The notes beneath the pieces are model-generated. The model searched no databases. It was not told the DNA's origin and saw only the letters and a list, made by a program, of their open reading frames with translations. A DNA stretch of 59,125 nucleotides, the filler included, from Sphacelaria rigidula (Eukaryota): NCBI GenBank assembly GCA_964200075.2. It is 10 parts of 10 records of this genome, joined end to end, with 100 filler letters (N's around TTAATTAATTAA, not from the genome) between each part and the next. Parts side by side here need not be neighbours in the genome. Positions count along the whole stretch, not along the records: positions 23,693 to 29,515 come from CAXNAA020024192.1; positions 29,616 to 35,437 come from CAXNAA020024193.1; positions 35,538 to 41,359 come from CAXNAA020024194.1; 7 more parts are not named here. One strand, 5' to 3'. Position numbers and translations under genes: made by a program. Shown one piece after another: positions 25,057 to 36,487 of this stretch (positions within the stretch are counted from its first letter, which is position 1; every line of letters begins with the position of its first letter).

Positions 25057-25729
25057 TAATACAACAGTGATTCGAGACAGAAGCTGCGGCGGACGTGATA
25101 TAACTGTGACAATAATAATCTCTATTTCACACGAAAACGGAAAGAAATAGTTCGGTGGTTGTAGTGCGTAACGTTTTGGTACAACGTTCCTACACACATA
25201 CACAACCGTCACCATCTCTTCGCATCAACCTGTAAGATGACGTCACCAACCCCCATCCCCCTCCACAAGACTATACTTGGATCATGACACTGATTCAATC
25301 CACTACTCGCGTATCTAACCCGTTGACACTCCGGAAAATATTCAATATTTAGTAGTTACGATAGGAGAAAAATGGACCGCGTAAAGCGTAGGTCTATTGC
25401 AACTACAGACCACACCTCGTCTACAGTGTACACCCTTACCTTATAAGGAGCGGGGGTCATGAATACGCCCCCGCTCCCGCCTTCATGATTGATTGCGAGC
25501 CTGGTCCGGCGAAAACCCGGCGTACTCTGTCCCGGCTTTGTAGGGATGCGAGGTCAATGATCTTATGACTACGGTATGCAAGATCACGAGGANNNNNNNN
25601 NNTTTTTTGGGGTGGGGGGGAAATATTTTTTTTACTATCTTTTTTAAAATCACAGTATCCCCCCCCCCCCCCCCCCCCAGCCGCCACCTTTATAAAAAAA
25701 ATACACGTACACATTACCACAGACGAAGA

Positions 25730-25990
25730 CATTTTCTACGGTAGCCCCCCCCTGAAAGAGTGCCTGGTTTGGGGAAGCAAAATCTTCACGTAAATCGAAC
25801 TGCAAAAACCCGAGCACAACGAGCAGCTGGGAATTTCTACGCTTGGATTCGTTGTCGCCGATGTCGCCCATATAAGGCGCTTCATCTAGCCTGAACCCGA
25901 ACATCAGGCGTTGTATGTCCATATTTTTCGTGACACTTTTGGGCTGATTTTTTTTGGGGGGGAGGGGGGCTATCGTAGTGTCCGAAGCTA
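25730..25990 (-). repeat. Unclassified dispersed repeat; other copies at ~32280-32540 (+) and ~51130-51290 (-)
   Basis: Shared sequence translating as IQRLMF.FRL..AP.MGDIG.NE.K..NSQL. Confidence 0.65.
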
Positions 25991-26033
25991 CGCTGGCAGA
26001 ATCAGCAATCGAGTAGCTGTTTCTACCACTTGC

Positions 26034-26180
26034 CTCGTCAAGTTCTCTTCTCCGTCTCCTCGACTCCCTCACGGTGACCTTGGCGCTCGCGATGAGCCGC
26101 TCCGTCGCTGCCTCCCAACCCAAAATGTGCCTCTGCTCCTCCGTGAGAGGCTTAGGTTCGTTCGCCATTGCATATTTCAA
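26034..26180 (-). CDS. DGD: Digalactosyldiacylglycerol synthase exon (C-terminal part of the GT domain)
   Basis: ttttccag|LKYAMANEPKPLTEEQRHILGWEAATERLIASAKVTVRESRRRRRELDE|gcaagt. Carries the DGD motif EP.PLT.EQR..LSWEAAT.R. The 3' boundary assumes a GC donor. Confidence 0.85.
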
Positions 26181-26481
26181 CTGGAAAATCAAGGCGATGT
26201 TCCCCCCCGCCCCCCAAAGAGAGAGAAAGAGAGGGAGAAACAAGTGCATGGTGAGGTGGATAAAAGAAAAAAATACAAACATATATTGATTGGAGTGGAC
26301 GGAGATTTAGATAATCAATCTTCGTCACGCGGGACAATTATAAAACCGGGGGCAGAAAAAAAAGAAAGGAATAAAGTGCAACTATTATATCATCATTCTT
26401 AGGTAAATTAAAAATAACAAAAAAAAAACATGGATGAAAGGTGGGGATTGATGGTCATGCTGGAAAATGACATGCTCCTAG

Positions 26482-26516
<35 letters not shown>

Positions 26517-26811
26517 AAAAATCATGGCTGCGAAGCGCTGCAGTCATTACCCACTTGTTCCACGCGTGCGTCAATGCAAGGGTTTCAAAACTAAATCCTT
26601 CAATGTAGGGAGTGCCTCTGCGTCACATCAACATCCCGAAAATTTTACCGTCTGGGTCAAAGCCTAGATAGTAGGGGTGGTTTCTCAAAAACACGAGGGG
26701 AAAAAAGAGGGGAAAAAAATAACAATAACAAATAAATAAATCTTGTTTGGTTCGCCTTTACGCATTTCTTTTCAGACTCGACGATACTTGACCACAATGA
26801 TAGATCGGAAA

Positions 26812-26850
<39 letters not shown>

Positions 26851-27202
26851 TGAGGCCCGCCAAAAAAACTGCAAAGGCTTTTTTCCCTTCCTTTTCTCAT
26901 CATGTTTTTAAAGACATGCACAGGTACCTACTAAGTTAGGCCTTTGGATGATGACCGCAAGTGTGTCGAGATCTTTACGCCAACAACGAGCACTTGTGCA
27001 TAAAAAAACCAAGTCACGAAGTAATCCTCCCATTGGCTCCTTCTCAACTATGAAATCACTGGAACATGACGATATATACCACACATCGCATTCAAACTCA
27101 AGCCCAAAAAATGTCGTAAGAGCAAGGGGTTGGTGAGTACATCTCACACCTGACACGTGAAATTTCTCAGTTCCGGAGTCATCCCCATCCCCCCATCACA
27201 AG

Positions 27203-27650
27203 CTAGCCAATCAGATTACCGGTTATTTTCTCGCTAGCGTTTTTTTTGCGGTAACCATGATGGGTGGTCGGGCTAGATAATATTGTGCGGGGCGGGAAAA
27301 TCTCAACTCCACGCGAAGGGGATGATCGTACTACGTGGGGGTTAAACCGCGAGACACTCGTGAGGCAGCGTATGAGTCGTTCCTGTCTCTGGAAGCGATG
27401 ATACCATAAAATGAAGTAACTCTTTGTAGACTGTCATCCACATGCAAGACCATCAGTACGCTTTGGGTCGTACAATCTTCGCGTGATGCAGGCCACCTCC
27501 CCATGCGACTCGCCGAACACATCACGGCGCTTCGCGCTTGGTGATTGATTGCGAGCCTGGTCCGGCGAAAACCCGGAGTGCTCCGCCCCGGCTTTGTACA
27601 GATGGGAGGTCAATGATCATATAACTACGGCATTCGAGATCATCAGTACA
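27203..27650 (+). mobile_element. C-tract-associated retroposon family 1, longest bounded copy
   Basis: Flanked by CCCCCCATCACAAG (27189-27202) and CCCCCCAACACAAG (27652-27665); homologous to ~21900-22200. Confidence 0.7.
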
Positions 27651-28419
27651 CCCCCCCAACACAAGACAAGGATTCAAGATTATTACAGTCTCGTGGGACA
27701 CGAGGGGGGGGGAGGCGGGGAGGGGACGGTGATCAACTCATGACAGAGCTTGCTTTCACGAAAAGCTGAGGCTTAATAGCACACCCTCACCTCCCTGTTA
27801 CTTCACACGGTTGCAAAAAACAAACAAACGTAAAAGCACTCTGAGTGAGTGCCTTTCTGCTGCTGCAGCAGCCGCTGCTGCACGAGCGAGAACACGTAAT
27901 TATATGCAACTGATTTTTCCCTTATACCATTTCGACAGGGCTAGTAGTGCCGCGTGGTCTCCAGGCAAAATTCCGAAACTCAACCGTATCACTTGTCTTC
28001 TTTTTGGGGGGTTTACTGCAGCAGTTCGATTCTTGTGCTCCCCCCTCCCCGCCTCCCCTCCTGAACAAGGATAAAAAACCCTACAGTAGATGGGTGAAAA
28101 AATGCGGGGCTGTGGTGCACTTTTTCCCTTCATGGGCTTCCCCCTTGTAAAGAGTATGACAACATATGTAGAGAAAATACCACAGTGTATGTAAAAGAGT
28201 GTAACAATACATGAACATAATATGACTGTAGACATACTCCCCCTGACACACAAGTTAGCTCAATTACGTTTACACGGGTCCTTAATCGTGCCCGACGCCG
28301 TTGTCAATGGTATTTTTTTTTAATATTTTGTCATTTTCAAGTTGAAACTTTTCCTTTTTTTTTTCGCGCAGCCTCCTGCATGGGCAAGCGGCGCAAAAAA
28401 CACACAAACAAAATAAAAA

Positions 28420-28740
28420 CACCGCAGTGCTGCCTTCTTCGTTGGAGTAAGCAGCGACGGCCGCCCGCTATGAGTTTTGTTTGAGAGGTCAAGCTCCTGG
28501 GTGTCTGCGATCTGTGCTTTGCAGCTTTTCCACGGCTGTGCAGGTATTCAGGGCCAACACCATAGCGCTGGGCGAGGGAACCTGCAACGCCCTTGGGCAG
28601 CCTTACTTTGCCTCGCGGAATGGCCAGCGCTACCTCCATCGCCAGGGCATAGCGGCGGCCCAATCACACCTCAACGCCCTCCTGGCGGCGAAGGGGGGTT
28701 CTTACGGTCTCTATCGTGGTTGTGCCACGAAGGGGGGCGG
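28420..28740 (-). pseudogene. Fragment of a Tc1/mariner transposase N-terminal HTH region
   Basis: RLPKGVAGSLAQRYGV, then after a frameshift WKSCKAQIADTQELDLSNKTHSGRPSLLTPTKKAAL (HTH followed by a GRP linker); no DDD/E domain. Confidence 0.6.
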
Positions 28741-29151
28741 TAACCGTGCTTTTCTTCAAGAGTTCTCAAAATCGTTCTCAAAATCATTCTCAAAAATATT
28801 CTACAAAAATTCCCAAAAAATTGGCCAACATAGGGTATTTCGACTCCACAGATTCTGAATAATAGCAACACAGTTTCTTTTCTTTTTTTTTCATGAGCAT
28901 CTCCGTGACTGTCGCTTTGCTATGAACCTAACTATAGCATCGCACGCTCTTCCATTCAAAAGATATGATCTGCGCACCATAATCCAGCTACCTTACGTGT
29001 GAGATGAAGTATGTGAAGAGTATGACAATACACGTGAAGAGTACAACATACGTGAATAGTGTAACAGTATATGTAGAAAGAGTATGACAATATATAATAT
29101 ACGTATTGCAGATATGCACGCACACACACAGCACTGCTGCCTTCAACTCAC

Positions 29152-29382
29152 CTGCTGGTTGAACTGTCTCTGATTGGAGAAGCGAAGCGTATTGGGGAAC
29201 TGGTAGAAGAACTCATTTGACGGATGCTTGGCAATGATGGCAAACTTCCCCATCGCCAACGCCTCCGCCACGGTGGTGCACAGCACTTCGCTCTCGCTAG
29301 GGTTCACGAAAATTTTGTATTGCCCCAGCTCCGCGTGATCGGTAGCCGGGAAAAACGTTACGCCCAGATTCATTTCCTCCGC
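29152..29382 (-). CDS. DGD: Digalactosyldiacylglycerol synthase exon (GT4 domain)
   Basis: cag|AEEMNLGVTFFPATDHAELGQYKIFVNPSESEVLCTTVAEALAMGKFAIIAKHPSNEFFYQFPN...QQ|gtgagt; DGD1/2 signature. Confidence 0.94.
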
Positions 29383-29676
29383 CTGATATGTATATTGTTA
29401 CCAATTTATTTTGTTTTTTGAGGGAGGGGAAGCGCAGGACGGGGACAGCGGGGGAGGGGGGGGGATACGGTGGGGATAGACGGGGGAAAGACAAGAGGTA
29501 CAGGAATGGGAGGGGNNNNNNNNNNNNNNNNNNNNNNNNNNNNNNNNNNNNNNNNNNNNTTAATTAATTAANNNNNNNNNNNNNNNNNNNNNNNNNNNNN
29601 NNNNNNNNNNNNNNNAAATCATTTCGGATCATCCTTGAATGCCCGCTTTACATTTGGGTATGGTTTAGCATGCCAC

Positions 29677-29707
<31 letters not shown>

Positions 29708-29709
29708 AC

Positions 29710-29975
29710 TTGAACGAAGATGGCAAGGAATCGTTTGGTGCACTAGATAGAAGAGAGAAAACGATGGCTATACTAGAAAATATATATGGTGGTCGCAGAC
29801 GGCGAAACGGGACGGGGATAAGATATGTAAAAAGATTTTTTGTGTAGTGTATGGAAGAAACGTAATGAGCATCCAAATGTTGAGAGGTCTCTACTAGGAG
29901 TACAAACGGTGCTCCGTCTCGGAAGGGATGCGTGTTTAATGGTCAAACGACCGAGTCAAGCAACAAATGAGTACG
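29710..29975 (+). mobile_element. C-tract-associated retroposon family 2, longer copy (LINE ORF C-terminus-like)
   Basis: Degenerate coding FGALDRREKTMAIL...CSVWKKRNE...GAPSRKGC...SNK*. Both flanks are (C)n followed by (AC)n. Confidence 0.75.
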
Positions 29976-30239
29976 CCCTCCCACCCCCCCAACACACACA
30001 CGTCCGCGCATACGTGACTGCTACGGTACCCTAGATACTTGAGTTCCAACTTTGGTGTTTGTCTCATGACTTCCCTGTTTCTTGGCGCCCTTGTCATGCC
30101 ATACATCCTACTTTGATTATGTCAATGGTTCAATGTGTTGTGTGTGCTGAAGGTCCTTGTTTCGTCGGGTACGCTGTGGCGATGTGGCTTCTCTGCCCCC
30201 CCCCCCCCCCCTCGCCTCCTCTTTCCATCGTGATTTTAG

Positions 30240-30375
30240 ACCTCGCGTAGAGGCAGTGCTTACGGAGGTGGTTGACGTGCTGGGAAACGTGAAGTACCTG
30301 CTGGAGAATCTGGACAAGTTCACGAAGAAGGAGAAACTCAAAGCTGCTTTAAGCCAAAAGCCCATTTCCTTCGAG
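30240..30375 (+). CDS. Aldehyde dehydrogenase, family 3 (fatty/coniferyl aldehyde DH-like), internal exon
   Basis: ttttag|a PRVEAVLTEVVDVLGNVKYLLENLDKFTKKEKLKAALSQKPISFE|gtaaga resembles the ALDH3 N-terminal region preceding the EP.GV motif. Confidence 0.7.
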
Positions 30376-33035
30376 GTAAGATGCGGCTTCGATTTTTTCC
30401 TCGTGTTTGTGTGTGTTTTTTTTTTAAGTTATGCAATATTCGTATCAGTGGTGATATAAGGTAGCGAGAAGCATGCTCTAAGGCCTACCATGAGGTTATA
30501 GTGAGTCAACATATCACCACGGAGAATCAATGACTTGTTGAAAACGATTTTCTCGGGTTTTTGGTTGCCGAGACTTGACTTGATCGCTGTGAACGCTTGA
30601 TTTCTGAACTCTGGGGTCGAGAGGTATTGTATTCGTGCCCGGAACAAAATTCGTGAGCATGGACAACATGATTCAAATACGTCGAAGATCAACGTTAGAC
30701 GACTCGCGGGGTTAACCGGTCGTCGAGGGACCGATGAGTACACATCGACGAGGTTCTGACTGGTGGACATTTCCGCTCGATTCGAATCAATCCCGATAGT
30801 TGTTGGTGAAGAGTCGTCCGCGCTCTGCCGTTGTCATTTGTAAGATACAGCCGAAGAACCGCCTTTTGAACCAGAATACAAGTTTTGGCGCGCCTTGTGA
30901 TGATGCGAAGACGGGATTTCTAGCCATGTCTCCTCGACGACGACCCCACCAACTTGAAAAGTTTTCCACGCGGGCGACCTGCTTCATTGTAAATTGTTTC
31001 ACCGATTCCTAAACCTTCAAAAATGGAAATGAAGATGTAGTGACAGAAATGAATACCTTTTCATACTGCTTTTTTTTCTGGCGCCTGAAGTGCAAACCGA
31101 TCGAGATCGCATATTTTGGCCCTTCGATAGCGTGGTTCGGGTGAACGGACGGCAAGGCGGGTGGGTTATCCCACCTTGGAGTAACTTGCCCGTATATCGA
31201 AGAGTATTTCAGCACGCGTTTACGTCTTGGTTTACTGTGTCGGTCGGTTCGATTTTTTCTGCTCCTTCCATTTTTTTCATCGAGTGTTTCCGGTTTATTT
31301 TTTCTTGGGGTACGTTTATCATGCGACCGGCTGGATCCCGGGGGGGTCAGTTGAAGTGCGACAAAATCAATCAAATCAATCAGTCGACAATTTTGTTGAG
31401 ATGAAGGTGAACTGTGGGTTGAGCACATACGCTCTTTTTGGCTTTACTAGGTGTAGGTGCTGTTGTTTGTTTGTTTGTTACCTTCAGCTGCTATTTCAAC
31501 TTGTTTCATAAACTTCTTGTATCTGTGGTACAGGCCTATTATTTGACAATATCAATCAAAATATATATTCAAATGTCGTCATTAGTTTGGGTCATTAACT
31601 TCGGCTTACTTATCAAGAGTTTTTTTGTAGGGTAAAATATTCATTTTGTGTTCGACGTCAAGATCAGAAAAAACTCCCTGTTGATTTCTTTTTTCAAGTA
31701 GTGATGTTATCGCAATAACATAGCAATGTTGTACATGTATATACTCAGTCATTTGAGGTCTTTCGTAGGTTCGATTGTGCACTTGCGATAGTTGAAACTG
31801 CACACCGATAAAAAGCGCAGACTTTGTGTGCACTTTCGTGAATATATATATATATATATATAAATATATTTTTTATATGTTTTCATCGAAGAAACGAGGA
31901 AACCTGTAGAGTAGTCCACCTCCAGTACACGTACGTGCAGGTTCATGATGATCTACAAGTGGAAATATCTGCTGTAGGCGTTTTCTATTGGTTGACGGAC
32001 TTGCGAGTCTGATCGGCACACTATGTGGATTTGAACATCACATGCTTCACGCATGTAGTTACTTCCGATAACGAAGGCTGTGTGTTGATGAAGAACAACT
32101 GTCTTGAAGTCTCCAGGCCCTAGTGAGGGAGGAAGCCCTTGGAGCAATCTTGTGACCTTGTTCTGAGTCCAGAAGGGCTCTATAAACCTCACCCAACACG
32201 TACCCGGCCAATGGGTTCTCGTGCCCATCACCCGGAGGCTCAACTTGACCACCGTGAGGCGGTCACGATATTTTCTGGGATAGCCCTCCTCCCCCCCCAA
32301 AAAAAAACAAACAAACAGCCTATAACTGTCACGAAGGAAAGAGTCATACAGCGCCTGATGTTTCGTTTCAGGCTGCATCAAGCACCTCTTATGGGCGACA
32401 TTGGAGAAAACGAACTCAAGCATGGGAATTCCCAGCTCGTTGTGCTCGTTTTTTTTTCATTTTGATTCACGTGTAGATTTTTCCTCCCCAAACCAGCCAT
32501 TTTTTTTTCTCGGAGGAGGGGGCTATCGCAGAAAGTGTCTGATATGGGGTACGCGCCTCTCGAGCGTTCGAGAAGGCTTGCTCAAGGCGGTGTGGGAGTC
32601 GAACCCACTATAATAAAGTCCTCTGTCGAGTTGACGCAGTGCACACCCCGACCTACAGTTGCTCGCGTCAAATTCGGACCTAAAAGGTTCGTACGTCATT
32701 GTGTATTGTGCACGACTTCATTTTGTCTTCACCCAGTGTCGAGCTGCAAGCACCAAAAACCGTTAACACCACAGAATAACTGGAATCCTCTCAGATTGTG
32801 AAGCAATTCATTTTGGGGTGGTGGCGTAGCCCGCCTCTCGCCTTCTATTTACCCGGGAAACGGTGAAGAAATAAATACCCACGTTCGATCGCTTTGTGCT
32901 TCTGACCCCATGGGAAGTGGTGTTACGCGAACTAATCGTTCAAACGTTGACTACTGTTGTAGCTTATCCACCGGTTGCATCACGTGCGCGAAAGACTTGA
33001 GTGTTTCGTAGGGACTGATGCCGTGATAGAGGGGG

Positions 33036-33185
33036 GGGCGTACTCATTTGTTGCTTGTCTTGGTCGTGTGACCATTGATCACGCATCCCTTTCGAGACGG
33101 AGNNNNNNNNNNGCACCGTTCCTACTCCTAATAGAGACACCTCCAACGTTCCGGCGCTCAGTACGTTTCTTCCATATATTACACA
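33036..33185 (-). mobile_element. C-tract-associated retroposon family 2 copy with a 12-bp TSD
   Basis: TGATAGAGGGGG at 33024-33035 and 33186-33197. The minus strand reads CNIWKKRTERRNVGGVSIRSRNG[gap]PSRKGCVINGHTTKTSNK*. Confidence 0.82.
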
Positions 33186-33716
33186 TGATAGAGGGGGAAG
33201 GGGGGTGACTCCACGGGAAACAGGGGTGAGGTGTGTCGGACGACCTAACGAACCGCGGCGCGTTATATTTGTCTAGAAACGATGTCTTACTGGTAGTTAG
33301 CGTGTTCGAACTAACGTTGCTGCTGTCAACAAGGATTTGAGGTGGAGAATTTCGTGGGGGGAACGGCCTTGGCTACCCTCCTGCCCTTCCCCCCTATCGT
33401 GATATCACTCCGGGCTCTTGAAAAAAATACGCAAATTTCTAGCTCAATGCCGTTCGAAGCACACGAGGAGTATAGCGCGCTGCGACGTGGTATTGTCCGT
33501 TGTTTCGGCGCAAGAAATCTCACGAGGAGTTCCTTTTTTACCGCGAAACGGACCATTGTTTCGACGATTGCCATGAGTAGTCAACAACATGTGAGAACCG
33601 AAGTCCTTCAATTCGTGTGTGATGCCAAATCACCCAGTAGCGTCAGCACGGTTGAGGGCAGAATGACTTGCCCTTTGAGCGCCGACGACCAGAACGTTTT
33701 GAAGCCTCCGTGAGTA

Positions 33717-34612
33717 CCGTAATTGCGCGAGTCATCCACCCCTGTGCGATCGATTTTTAAATGATTCCTAACTTTGATTTTTATCGCACAGGGGTGCGAT
33801 GACTCCGACCCCTGTGCGGAAAATGAGTTAAATGATTCGATTTCCCATTCTGACGCACAGCCCTGTGCGATAAGTCCGACATGTGCGATTCTGAACAAAT
33901 CAAACACCCTGCCATGCTGTGTTGTGAACGCACACCCCTGTGCGGTGACTCCGACATGTGCGATTATGACAAAATCAAACACCCTGCCATGCTGTGGTGT
34001 GAACGCACACCCCTGTGCGGTAACTCCGACATGTGCGATACGGAGCAAACCGCACCCCCCACTGCTGTACTGGTGGCGCACCTTTCGAACCTCATCCCTG
34101 TGCCATAACTTCACCATGTGCGATACAGAACAAATCCCTAGTGGAGTTGTGGTGTTGTGTGCGAAGAGAGGATAAAACTGCGGTTGGTGTAGGTAGATAT
34201 TGAGTTGTAGGCTGTCGCTTCGTAGCATGAGGTACGGTAGGTTGGCACCGCATCGTGAAAGTCGGGTAGTGTGGTCCTTTTTTTTTGAGTGCGGTAGCCG
34301 TTTAAAATGAATAACTCAAGAGTACAAGAGGTTTTATATGTATGCACCTGCTTAAAACAGCGGTGAGCCCCGTTTACAACCGCGAGACAAACGGATTGTG
34401 GCAGATTTTCTATCCCGGGGCCACACGCTGCATCATGCAACCTCACGCTCGAAGATGGCACCAATGTCGGAGTCATCGCGGGTGCGATGACTCCGACCAC
34501 TATGCGGAAAAATAATTAAATGATTTTCAACTTGAAATATTAACGCACAGGGGTGCGATGACTCCGGCATGTGCGATGACCCCGACCTGTGCGATGACCC
34601 GCACAAATACGG
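33717..34612. mobile_element. Non-autonomous Tc1/mariner/pogo-type element with subterminal GCGATGACTCCGAC repeats and an internal 75-bp tandem
   Basis: TA|CCGTAATTGCGCGAGTCATC ... GATGACCCGCACAAATACGG|TA; 75-bp units at 33901 and 33976. Confidence 0.8.
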
Positions 34613-35828
34613 TAAGCGAACATCATGTCTTCCTCTTTTTTTCTTGAATTTTACATATCCATGCATACACCGTGGCCCGGTGTGGAATGGCCACGGAGTC
34701 CAGTCTTCTCATCGGGCGTGCGTGGTCGCATTCGCGAAATGTGTTCATTTGTTCACTCAAGGTATTGCGCATCGGATACTTACTGACCATGGATCATCCG
34801 AGCATGGCTACACGCACCAATCAGCTGTAATTTCACCACCGGCCATCAAACGTCAGACACGATGCACACTCACCGACCAACCTTATCGATGAGGCCCCAT
34901 TTCCCCCGAGAGAACGTCTTAGCTAGTAGCAAGACGTGATGTAATCTCAAGAGAGTGATGCTTCAATGTGGTGGTGAGTCTTCCGCAACAGGTTTTGATA
35001 CACGGCAAGTCAATGACAGGTCTGGTCCTATTTCCTGCACAAGTAAAAACGCCGAGCACGTCGGTAAATATCTGTGTGCACATGGAAATAAGGAGGCGCA
35101 CTGGCGCCGAATGGGGCTCATTTTTCTCGGTCGTTTTCTTGGATTAGTACCGAAACCAAGCCGGAATCCTCCAGGAGCAAACCGTTTTGGAAGTAAGAAT
35201 AAGTGTATTTGCACACCAACGTTTCTTATGCTATTACATACATAGGGATCAGCGCCCAAATAATATGTAGCTTCAAAGGGCAGCTCCACCCGTGACGCTG
35301 TCGTGAGTATGGCCAATCTTGACGGAATGAGAGTTTTTGTAACAAAAGCTCCACGTCCACACAGATTGGATGCTCTTTTTTTTTTTCCTCACACTTTGAA
35401 CCCCTCCCCTTCCTCGGGATACTTCCGTGGCATCTAGNNNNNNNNNNNNNNNNNNNNNNNNNNNNNNNNNNNNNNNNNNNNTTAATTAATTAANNNNNNN
35501 NNNNNNNNNNNNNNNNNNNNNNNNNNNNNNNNNNNNNCAAGGCGCCTACAACATTGGATCACCGACTACTGCTCATACTGCGGGATACACGCGACATCGT
35601 GGACGCAGGTTGCCCAAGATGTGTCCGAATGGTCTCGAGTTGAGAGGAGGAGGCCAGTTTGTACATGACAGCTTGGACCAAAGCACGCCAAGCTAAGGAG
35701 TTTTTTGCTGTACTACCTCCAGAGCTCCCTCAGTGCCGACCGAGGACCTCCAAAAAGTAACCTGTAGTCCATTCGGGCAGTAGTACACTTGCTGCCGTCG
35801 TTCTCCGAACAGCTGTGATAGTCGTATA

Positions 35829-36271
35829 CTTCCTCTGTCCCATAAGTAAAGGTACCTACTTTTTTTCGCTTGTTTTTCCAGGAAAGCATGATAGACCCGG
35901 GACCATAAAAAATTGAGAAAAATGAGCCAAAAAATGTGAAAATTGCGAAACCACCATTGATTTTGGACATTTCCGTGATATCAACCTACGCACGCCCCAT
36001 CCAACATTTTGTTAGCATGTAATTGCTAGTGCTCGGCGTGAAAACGTCCAAACTCGGGCAATGATGAGGGGGAACTGGATCAAAAAGGGTCAAAATGGGG
36101 TATATTTCGACATAGTTTTAGAGATGAGAACAAGTATTTTTTTGTTTTTTTTCCATCAGCTTCGTCTGCGCTTTGCCTATCTAACGAATCCAACCACAAC
36201 ATCGTCGCCACCACTGGCATACCTAAACAATGTATCGCCGTTAGGTACCTTTACTTATGGGACAGAGGAAG
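35829..36271. mobile_element. Stowaway-like MITE
   Basis: 30-bp perfect TIR CTTCCTCTGTCCCATAAGTAAAGGTACCTA; TA on the left, CA on the right (mutated TSD). Confidence 0.82.
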
Positions 36272-36487
36272 CATGAGGGTGCCTGGGGTTGCTTTTTTGT
36301 TTTGCGTTGAACCCGAACATGGTGGCCATACTAATCTCCTCGCGTCACCTGTCTTTTTCCGTTTGTCTTTTATTATCTTCTCTTTTCTTTCGGTGTACAT
36401 TTTTGACAGATCTGGCGTTTGTTGTTTGTTTGTGTGTGTTTGTGTGTGTGTGTGTGTTTTCTTCTCTTTTCTCTCTCGGTTGAACTC

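Noticed and set aside
25650..26282. 210-aa ORF as one protein
   Set aside because: It is a chimera of intron, a DGD exon and a dispersed repeat.
30429..31010. Coding-looking stretch as a viral or TE gene
   Set aside because: The frames I translated show stops or no recognisable motif, so I cannot support a call.
33860..34050. 75-bp repeats as a CRISPR-like array or repeat protein (ORF 33608-34228)
   Set aside because: The units are near-identical with no unique spacers and lie inside a TA-flanked TIR element.
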